DNA of 62,137 bases from positions 1 to 62,137 of the forward strand of contig JAFXTY010000049.1 of the NCBI GenBank assembly GCA_017535435.1, given 5' to 3'. This stretch comes from Spirochaetia bacterium. GTDB taxonomy: Bacteria > Spirochaetota > Spirochaetia > CADAEX01. The notes under the pieces are model-generated. The model saw only the letters and a list, made by a program, of their open reading frames with translations, searched no databases and was not told the DNA's origin. The number at the start of each line of letters is the position of its first letter. Positions within the stretch are counted from its first letter, which is position 1. Shown here in pieces: positions 55,578 to 62,137 of this stretch. Position numbers and translations under genes: made by a program.

Positions 55578-57824
55578 TCAGAAGAGACCCTTGAGGCTCT
55601 TCTTCATCTCCTTCTGCATATCCTTTGTTGCCTTATCAAGCTCTTTCTGCATATTCTGGGTCTGCTTGTCCACCTGCTTCTGAGCCTCTTCCTTGGCCTT
55701 GTTGATCTGCTTCTCAGCTTCCTTCTTGATCATCTTCTCAACCTCTTTCTGCAGCTTCTTCTGCTGGTTGTCCAGGTCTGCCACAAAGCTCTTGAGGTCG
55801 CTTACATTGGTGAACACCACAGTCTTCATGCCGGTGTATTTCTCAACCTGTTCCGAGAACTCCTTGGAAATCTTCTCAAGCCGGCTGTTTACCTCTTTCT
55901 CCAGCTGCTTCTTGAATTTATCCAGCTCTTCGCTCATCACCTTCTTCAGCCCCCGGACAACCTGCTTGTCCACATCGGTCTCCAGGGAGAAATCCAGCTT
56001 GTCCTGCTGGGAATAAGCAAAGCCGATACCGAAGTCCACTTCTTTTATTGTGGCCAGAACACGGGCATAGAGATCATAGATGAAATCCGGCTTGAATGAT
56101 TTTGCACTGATTGTTGCCGGATCGATCATAAGGTATGCTGATGTGCCGAATTTCTCATTCTTATCATAGAAGATACTTGCCTTTACCAAAGCTTTTCCGT
56201 CGATGACCGGTATACCTTTGATATTCTTGGTGTTCGGAACCTGAAGTTTGATAGGATAGGTCTTTCCTGTGAAGTTCATATCAACCATGTTTCCCTTGGG
56301 ATTGGTCCTGAAGTCTCCCAGGAAATCCAGGTTCTCTGTATAGCCGCCGCGGAGCAGGTCGATGGCTCCGGTTATAGGTTTGTCCAGCAGGTCTGCATCG
56401 TTGCAGATGTTGAAGATTGTCCCTTCAATAGAGAATTTCTTGTCAGGCGAGTTGCCTCCCAGCCGTATCTCCCGCATCAGGAACGACGGCAGGTCCTTAC
56501 GGTAGGTCACATCCCGGCCCTTGAGCCGTACCACCAGCTTTTTCTGCTTCTTCTGCTTTTCAGGCAGTTTAGGCAGCGTCTTTCCCGACTGCTGGAAATC
56601 CTTGGCCATGTCTATGCCGTCTTTGATGTAGGGATACCACTTGCCCAGCAGTGTGGCGAAGAATGTGTCAAAGCTGCTGGAGATCAGGCGCTTGCCATCA
56701 TCTATGTTCGGAATTTTGATAGATTTGATCCGGTTCTGGATATAGCTGGAGTCATGCTTCACAGAACTCTGGAACTTGTCTGCAAGACCCTGCACTGTCT
56801 TTGTATCCCGGACAAAGTGGTCCGATATATCCTCGGCCCTCTTCTCAAAGGCCTGGGCCTTCATCTTGGTCTCGTTTATCTGCACTATAAGGTCGTTCAG
56901 CTCCTGTGGAGTATCAATCTTGCTGATATCCATCTTGGTGTACTTCTTGACCTCCTTGCCGAAATCCTTCACCTGCTCCTTTGTGGACTCAATCTCTTCC
57001 TGCCAATCATTGTAGATAGTGGTCATGTCAGAGACAATCTCGTCCTTCATGGCTGGAGTCTGGAGAGAATTGAGGGACTCGTTGAGGAACTCTTCCGGAT
57101 CATAGAACCCGATAATATCGGTGATCTCGTTTTGGGCATTGGCAGCCAGGGCAGCAAGGAGCTCCTCTTTCTTTTTCTCGAAAGCTTCGTCCCGCTTACG
57201 CTGTTTTTCCTTCTTGGCCTTCAGCACCGAATCGGGCAGAGCGCCGGATGTCTTTCGCGGAGTGCCATAGGTTATCCCTGTGCACTGGGCCAGGTCCATC
57301 ACAAATTTCTTCTTAAGGAGCTCCACCAGATTGAAGTCCACCGAGATGTTGCCCACCTCGAAGAGGTTCTCCATAGGCTTGTCCTTGTTGGCCACTGCCA
57401 CGCCCTTGATCACCAGGCTGGAGTCGAATATCTTAAGGTTCACATAGTCGATGTCGGCCCTTGCCCAGAAGATGTTCTCCAATGCGTATTTAAGCCCTCT
57501 CTTGACCAGAGGGTTCTTGTAGATGTTCACAAGTGTCACCATGGTGGCGATAAGAATTACCAGGGTGGCAATCCAGATGATGTGGACTCTCCCCTTCTGG
57601 CTCTTGATCTGAGAAGCCATCTCCTTGAGCCGTTTGACCTCAGCCTTGTCGAAGGTGCGGCTGTCAGGAATCTGGAGAACCTTGTCGTCCTTCTCAAAGA
57701 GAGCTTCCACGTATTTCCGGTCATCATCTATGTAGATGCGGGAAAGAAGCTTGCGCTTGAGGCTCTTGGTATTGTATTTTTTTCTGAAGATTTTAGGAAG
57801 CTTGTCCCTGTTGAAATCACTCAT
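55578..57824 (-). CDS. TIGR03545-like protein (single TM, coiled coils)
   Basis: VANKDKPMENLFE and TPRKTSGAL signature; paired with the upstream small membrane protein. Confidence 0.75.
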   Translation of the reverse strand: MSDFNRDKLPKIFRKKYNTKSLKRKLLSRIYIDDDRKYVEALFEKDDKVLQIPDSRTFDKAEVKRLKEMASQIKSQKGRVHIIWIATLVILIATMVTLVNIYKNPLVKRGLKYALENIFWARADIDYVNLKIFDSSLVIKGVAVANKDKPMENLFEVGNISVDFNLVELLKKKFVMDLAQCTGITYGTPRKTSGALPDSVLKAKKEKQRKRDEAFEKKKEELLAALAANAQNEITDIIGFYDPEEFLNESLNSLQTPAMKDEIVSDMTTIYNDWQEEIESTKEQVKDFGKEVKKYTKMDISKIDTPQELNDLIVQINETKMKAQAFEKRAEDISDHFVRDTKTVQGLADKFQSSVKHDSSYIQNRIKSIKIPNIDDGKRLISSSFDTFFATLLGKWYPYIKDGIDMAKDFQQSGKTLPKLPEKQKKQKKLVVRLKGRDVTYRKDLPSFLMREIRLGGNSPDKKFSIEGTIFNICNDADLLDKPITGAIDLLRGGYTENLDFLGDFRTNPKGNMVDMNFTGKTYPIKLQVPNTKNIKGIPVIDGKALVKASIFYDKNEKFGTSAYLMIDPATISAKSFKPDFIYDLYARVLATIKEVDFGIGFAYSQQDKLDFSLETDVDKQVVRGLKKVMSEELDKFKKQLEKEVNSRLEKISKEFSEQVEKYTGMKTVVFTNVSDLKSFVADLDNQQKKLQKEVEKMIKKEAEKQINKAKEEAQKQVDKQTQNMQKELDKATKDMQKEMKKSLKGLF

Positions 57825-58335
57825 GGGTCACCTCCGAAATCTTGATGATAAGCTTTATGAAAGGCACCTTCATAAGGAACTGATAAGCCTTGCTCCGTAC
57901 AAAGTACTGATACAGTGTGTTGCGCCATACCCGGATGAATATGCGGGCCAGGATGTAGAGGGGTATGTAGAGGAGGATGCCCCAGGCCAGGCCGCCCATG
58001 ACTATGGTGTTGTTGAAGCGGGTGAATGCAACAAATGGGGTGTCCAGCAGCTTGGCAAAGGTGGGTGTCAGAGCCGGATGAGTCAGGATAGCATAGCCGG
58101 TGGTGTCAAACAGCGGGTCTACCAGCGGGATGAAGATAGAGCCCAGGATGATGCTGAGGAACAGAGTTCCCCTGTTGATTCTCAAAAAGAATGTGAATAT
58201 GAAAAGGAATATCCAGAGCAGATTCCCTTTGGGAACAAATGCCAAGAGCATTCCCAGCGAAAAGGCGTGTGCCAGCTCCCCCGGCGCCCTATTGGCGTTC
58301 AGGGACTTGAACAACTGCTTGAAATAGTTTACCAC
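57817..58335 (-). CDS. TIGR03546-like membrane protein
   Basis: LNAN..PGELA, FTRFNNTIVMG. Confidence 0.8.
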   Translation of the reverse strand: MVNYFKQLFKSLNANRAPGELAHAFSLGMLLAFVPKGNLLWIFLFIFTFFLRINRGTLFLSIILGSIFIPLVDPLFDTTGYAILTHPALTPTFAKLLDTPFVAFTRFNNTIVMGGLAWGILLYIPLYILARIFIRVWRNTLYQYFVRSKAYQFLMKVPFIKLIIKISEVTHE

Positions 58336-58377
58336 CTGTGCAGCCTCCTAATAAAATTATATTATAACAGTATTATC

Positions 58378-58527
58378 TATAAATCAAGGCACAGATAAGG
58401 GTACGGCCTCGGTAGATGGGTACCCCGTAGACAAGTTCATGTCACACTGGACTTGCTTCAGTGCGACGAACTTGTTGCTACGGAGCCCAATACCTCGCCG
58501 CACGCCTTTCTGTGCTTTGATTTTATA
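58378..58527. repeat. 150-nt imperfect palindrome (long hairpin)
   Basis: Nested arms AAATCAAGGCACAGA/TCTGTGCTTTGATTT, CCGTAG/CTACGG, ACAAGTTC/GAACTTGT, GTCACACTG/CAGTGCGAC. Confidence 0.8.
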
Positions 58528-58599
58528 CTATCCTATTTAATTCTATTGCTTGCAAAGCAGGTGCAAACTATATTCTTTTTTTTTGAAGTTTTTTTTCAA

Positions 58600-58635
58600 A
58601 AAGTCAAATCAAAATGAAATTTTATTGTGTATATA
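58600..58635 (+). repeat. Conserved intergenic motif, copy 3
   Basis: AAAGTCAAATCAAAATGAA-attttattgt-GTATATA, then CAGGAG and the ATG of the 199-aa gene. Confidence 0.8.
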
Positions 58636-58651
58636 AGGCAGGAGACTGTTT

Positions 58652-59251
58652 ATGCACAAACTAGTTTTATATGAAAACATAACAGATGATGAATTGAAAA
58701 AATTGTTTGAAGACATCAGACATACCCTCCAGAGACTTGACTATATTAGGCGATACTATACTGAAAGAAAAGACGAATATGAAATTAGGAACTTTTCTTC
58801 AAGTGATAAAAAGTTATTGGGTAAAATAGAGGTTTTCAAAAATAGAGATATAAAAAAACATGAAATCGATGAGGCTTTGTTCTTTATAAATAAGGGATAT
58901 GATGTGACTCTGCTGCCAGAAGGTGAAATACAGCATGAAAAGAATGTTGATGCCCTGTTCAATTCTTCTTTTCTTGTTGAATTTAGGCAGGTTAAAACAG
59001 ATAAAGCTAAAAATATTGCTGATGAGATCCGTCGTGCGGCCAACAAAGGAAACAGCGAAATAATATCGGTTTTCTTCGTCGAAAATGCTATAAATACACA
59101 AAATGATAGAATCTTATATGAAGTCAATGAAAAAATAAAAAAAGGAGATTTTACAGGAGAATTTTATTCTTTGTTATTAATAAATTCTGGGAAGATAACC
59201 CATATAAAAAACATGGTAAGCTCCACCGAAGTGAATACCTACCATAATTAA
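58652..59251 (+). CDS. Stand-alone PD-(D/E)xK-fold protein resembling CdiA C-terminal toxin domains
   Basis: Pattern HE..EA.FF..KGY.V.LLPE.....KNVDAL.N....EFR.......NI..EI..A..K; family recognised by eye only. Confidence 0.55.
   Translation: MHKLVLYENITDDELKKLFEDIRHTLQRLDYIRRYYTERKDEYEIRNFSSSDKKLLGKIEVFKNRDIKKHEIDEALFFINKGYDVTLLPEGEIQHEKNVDALFNSSFLVEFRQVKTDKAKNIADEIRRAANKGNSEIISVFFVENAINTQNDRILYEVNEKIKKGDFTGEFYSLLLINSGKITHIKNMVSSTEVNTYHN
59206..59245 (-). ncRNA. Predicted ~40-nt antisense hairpin RNA
   Basis: TTGACA (59280)-N17-TATTTT (59257-59252), then AUGGUAGGU-A-UUCAC-UUCG-GUGGA-GCUUACCAU-gUUUUUU. Confidence 0.5.
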
Positions 59252-59281
59252 AAAATACAACGCTCTGATTGATTTGTCAAT

Positions 59282-59310
59282 AAAAAACCAGCCGCTGACT
59301 GCGACCGGTT
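59282..59310 (-). terminator. Intrinsic terminator of the ankyrin-FGE gene
   Basis: AACCGGTCGC-agtca-GCGGCTGGTT-TTTT. Confidence 0.7.
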
Positions 59311-59316
59311 GAAAAG

Positions 59317-60303
59317 TTATTTTATATTACGTACGATACGGAAGCCATTGTAGTCCCAACCAGACATAGTAGCATCCCAATACCTGTAGTAAACTTGGCA
59401 TTTTTGACCTTCGGTATCCGAATAACAGCCTCCGCGTAAACTACGTTTTACTTCATCATTCGGATCAACATCCCAACACCATTCAGATACATTACCACTC
59501 ATATCATAAAGGCCATAACCATTAGGCTTTTTAAGTGCCACTGCATGAGTTTTATTACCACTATTACCCGCAAACCAAGCCACCTCATCTATATTGTCAC
59601 TTCCAGCATATTTATAGTTTTCCCCTCCTTTTGCAGCATACTGCCATTCTTCTTCTGTTGGAAGACGAAAGCCATCAGCCGAATGATTCCAAGTTACACC
59701 CCCATACCAATTTTCTTTGATTGTATATACTGGGGTCAGTCCCATCCTGATACTTAACTCATTGCAAAACTCAATAGCTGCATACCAAAAAACTGCATCC
59801 GCAGGAAAACTATAATTATCTTTTTCAAAATGATACGGATTAGAAATATATTTTTTATCAGCCATAACAGCATAATAAAGAGCTTGAGTTACCTCTGTCC
59901 TTAACATCTTAATGTTTTTACCGGGGATATCAACCATATCAAGATCAGCCCCTGCATTTATGAACGCATTAAAGATCAAACTACTTCCACTTGCCACGGT
60001 AGCTATTAGAGGTGTAAGACCATTATTACAATCGTGATTTACATCTGCACCTGATTTAATCAGAGTGGTTATGACATCAATATTAGGTTTTTTACTATAT
60101 AATGCTGCAAAAAGAGGTGTAAGCACAACCTCTCCTACCTCAAATTTAGCATTTACATCTGCACCTGATTTAATCAGAGCATTAATCTCTTTTAGATTTG
60201 GAGTATCAGACAAACAGGCAGAATACAACTTTTCATCTTTAGATAAAGCAAAAGTATTTGACACCCAAAAAAATAATAAAAACAATATCAGTACTTTTTT
60301 CAT
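59317..60303 (-). CDS. Exported ankyrin-repeat plus FGE-sulfatase (C-type lectin fold) protein
   Basis: Signal peptide; LIKSGADVN/TPL repeats; TEVTQ, GFRLPTEEEW, YDMSGNVSEWC, RGG...GFRIVR. Confidence 0.85.
   Translation of the reverse strand: MKKVLILFLLFFWVSNTFALSKDEKLYSACLSDTPNLKEINALIKSGADVNAKFEVGEVVLTPLFAALYSKKPNIDVITTLIKSGADVNHDCNNGLTPLIATVASGSSLIFNAFINAGADLDMVDIPGKNIKMLRTEVTQALYYAVMADKKYISNPYHFEKDNYSFPADAVFWYAAIEFCNELSIRMGLTPVYTIKENWYGGVTWNHSADGFRLPTEEEWQYAAKGGENYKYAGSDNIDEVAWFAGNSGNKTHAVALKKPNGYGLYDMSGNVSEWCWDVDPNDEVKRSLRGGCYSDTEGQKCQVYYRYWDATMSGWDYNGFRIVRNIK
60037..60179. repeat. 29-bp perfect intragenic direct repeat (ankyrin duplication)
   Basis: ATTTACATCTGCACCTGATTTAATCAGAG at 60037 and 60151, 114 bp apart. 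Confidence 0.85.
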
Positions 60304-60324
60304 ATTTTTAGTTTTCCTTAATAA

Positions 60325-61065
60325 TTATGCTTTTCCAGCTTTAGCTGTATTTCTGACTTTGGTCGAAACAGAGAAAATATTTCCTTTAGGTGTTTTTACA
60401 TAAAATTCTGAGTTTGACTTTTGCCATACGATGTAACTTTTTTCATTAAGAAGAACTTTTGAAGAACTAGAAATATTACTTTCCCATGATAAATCTAATT
60501 GTTTGGTTTCTTTATAAATTGTAGCCTGATTATGCTTGCTATTAGCGATGTAGAGATAGAAAACCCATTTTGAATCTTTAGTAAGAAATACATTATTGGT
60601 ATACACTAATGGAGTCAATTTATTATTGTTGATATCATCTTCCAGCATCTCCAAGAAAGTCTGTCCCTCAGCTACATTATTTGTTGCTTGATATGTAGTG
60701 TTTGATTCCTGTGAGTAACTGTATTCATCCGACTCAAATAGAGTTATCATTATTGCCGCGGGAATACAAATCAAAAGAACACAGCAAATCAACTTAGGCA
60801 GAACTCGCCATGCAAGCAGATAAAAAGAACCTTTAATTGCACTATCGGATATCACGGCATCAGGACAGAAAAGAGCTGTAATTGCGCTCCCTATTTTATA
60901 TCCTATTTTACCTAATGGAATAAATCCAATCAAAGATAAAATAGTAGTTAAAACCTTAACAAAGGTACTACATTCAGCTTCCCACGGAGCAACAAGTGCA
61001 AAGATTAATCCAATAACAATATAAAGAGTCTGGCCACCACATGAATCTTGTCTTTCATCGCTCAT
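60325..61065 (-). CDS. Hypothetical membrane protein
   Basis: AAGGAG RBS, 3-4 N-terminal hydrophobic helices, soluble C-terminal domain. Confidence 0.7.
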   Translation of the reverse strand: MSDERQDSCGGQTLYIVIGLIFALVAPWEAECSTFVKVLTTILSLIGFIPLGKIGYKIGSAITALFCPDAVISDSAIKGSFYLLAWRVLPKLICCVLLICIPAAIMITLFESDEYSYSQESNTTYQATNNVAEGQTFLEMLEDDINNNKLTPLVYTNNVFLTKDSKWVFYLYIANSKHNQATIYKETKQLDLSWESNISSSSKVLLNEKSYIVWQKSNSEFYVKTPKGNIFSVSTKVRNTAKAGKA

Positions 61066-61088
61066 TCTGTTATCTCCTTTTCAGTACC

Positions 61089-61133
61089 ATAACCGATATT
61101 GGTTAATATCATATATATACCAAATCCGGTTAT
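61089..61133. promoter_or_regulatory. Inverted-repeat operator between divergent genes
   Basis: ATAACCGATATTGGT (61089) versus ACCAAATCCGGTTAT (61119). Confidence 0.5.
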
Positions 61134-61167
61134 CATATGTCAAGAAGAACTTGGCTGGAGGAAATGC

Positions 61168-61365
61168 ATGATTTCTTATGATCGGCTGTGGGAAACCATG
61201 CGTCAAAAAGGAATATCACAATATACGCTGATTCATAAATTTAATGTCAGTCCCGGTCAGCTGACACGTATGAAGCGCAATGAAAGCGTAAGTACCCACA
61301 CAATCGAGATGTTTTGCTCTATCCTTCAATGCCGAGTAGAAGAAGTTATGGAGTATATTCCATAA
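61168..61365 (+). CDS. XRE/Cro-C1 HTH regulator
   Basis: MISYDRLW...GISQYTL...VS..TIE.FC..L.C.VEEVMEY; GGAGG RBS. Confidence 0.88.
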   Translation: MISYDRLWETMRQKGISQYTLIHKFNVSPGQLTRMKRNESVSTHTIEMFCSILQCRVEEVMEYIP

Positions 61366-61382
61366 TCCATCCCACCATATAG

Positions 61383-61552
61383 TGCAAAGACTAACCACAA
61401 AAACCTGACAGATGAAAATAGTAATAGAATGCCAGCAAAAGACACCCCTGGCGATATTGCGGCCCGAAGGGAGCGCACTTTATCGAGCAGGGGTGCCTTA
61501 TTGCTGGCAGCAGATTGCTGGTTATAGCTTGTCAGGTTTTTGGTGGTTTGCA
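61383..61552. repeat. 170-nt imperfect palindrome (long hairpin) below glmS
   Basis: AACCACAAAAACCTGACA/TGTCAGGTTTTTGGTGGTT, TGCCAGCAA/TTGCTGGCA, CACCCCTG/CAGGGGTG, CGATA/TATCG, apex CCCGAAGG. Confidence 0.8.
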
Positions 61553-61558
61553 GAGCAG

Positions 61559-62137
61559 TTACTCTACAGTGACGCTTTTTGCCAGGTTCTTGGGCTGGTC
61601 CACATCACGGCCAAGCTCCAGTGCGGAGTAATAAGCCAGAAGCTGCAGAGGCACGCTCATCAGGAACGGGTAGATGTACTCCACAGTTTTCGGAACTTCA
61701 ATAACATCATCAGCAATACCGTACACATCTTTGTCTCCTTCTGCCGCAACTGCGATAATCTTGCCGCCCCGGGATTTAACTTCCTTCATGTTGGATATGA
61801 TCTTGTCGTGGAGCCGGTCGTCGGTAACCAGGAACAAGGACGGTGTCTTCTCGTTGATAAGAGCGATAGGACCGTGTTTGATCTCTGCCGCGCTGAAGCC
61901 CTCTGCATGGATATAAGAAATCTCCTTGAGCTTCAGAGCTCCCTCCATGGCTACAGGGTAGTTGATACCGCGGCCAAGGAACAGGAAGCTTTCGGTATGG
62001 CAGTATTTCTTTGCAATCGCCTCAATCTTAGGTGCGGATTTGAAGATGGTCTTAAGCTTCTCAGGCACTGCCTCCATCTCGTCGATGAACTCAAGACCAT
62101 CCTCGAAGGACATGTTCCTGAGCCGTGCCATGATAAG
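61559..62137 (-). CDS. glmS: Glutamine--fructose-6-phosphate aminotransferase (C-terminal part)
   Basis: EGALKLKEISYIHAEG, KHGPIAL, DQPKNLAKSVTVE. Confidence 0.97.
   Translation of the reverse strand, partial: LIMARLRNMSFEDGLEFIDEMEAVPEKLKTIFKSAPKIEAIAKKYCHTESFLFLGRGINYPVAMEGALKLKEISYIHAEGFSAAEIKHGPIALINEKTPSLFLVTDDRLHDKIISNMKEVKSRGGKIIAVAAEGDKDVYGIADDVIEVPKTVEYIYPFLMSVPLQLLAYYSALELGRDVDQPKNLAKSVTVE

Noticed and set aside
59317-59450. Active DGR variable region
   Set aside because: No reverse transcriptase or template repeat in the window, and the codons are not enriched for NNC.
58378-61552. Integron attC sites or cassette array
   Set aside because: The hairpins lack clean RYYYAAC/GTTRRRY boxes and an unpaired central spacer, the genes between them point both ways, and there is no integrase.
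61500-61620. Tn7-like element at the glmS attachment site
   Set aside because: No TGT...ACA terminus at the expected distance, no repeated TnsB sites and no tns genes.
1-62137. Many long antisense or alternate-frame ORFs (e.g. 705-1877, 25661-26809, 47389-48174, 52495-53445, 54870-56099, 56754-57845)
   Set aside because: They shadow well-supported genes, have no motifs, and are expected from GC3-rich codon bias.

Overview
Chromosomal segment of a probable spirochaete (Spirochaetota). Evidence for this is the short mraZ-rsmH-ftsL-murF-mraY-ftsW division cluster, 'FAGG'-type binding-protein signal peptides, and the TIGR03545/TIGR03546-like gene pair. The GC-rich backbone carries housekeeping genes (hisS, hrpA, perR-rubrerythrin, pepF, three tRNAs, tatD, a GlpA-like operon, alr, fba, an amino-acid ABC transporter, galE, glmS 3' end). 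Three accessory regions interrupt it. (1) About 8.9-21.3 kb, a defence/toxin island: VapBC, a DUF4160/DUF2442 pair, Vsr, an orphan Nif11-type RiPP precursor, an orphan RelB, and an AT-rich four-gene operon of C5-methyltransferase, Sau3AI/MutH-type endonuclease, SbcD and SbcC, in which sbcD is frameshifted at an A9 tract. (2) About 34.2-47.4 kb, an uncharacterised catabolic locus: family-5 ABC transporter, three tandem TIM-barrel paralogues, a two-component system and a duplicated 40-bp promoter element. (3) About 58.4-61.55 kb, an AT-rich block below glmS bounded by two 150-170 nt hairpins, holding a stand-alone CdiA-CT-like nuclease with a predicted antisense small RNA. A fixed-spacing motif AAAGTCMAATCAAAATGAA-N10-GTATATA followed by an RBS occurs three times, only in accessory DNA. 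No integrase, transposase or CRISPR array was seen. All calls come from motif recognition by eye; no database searches were run.
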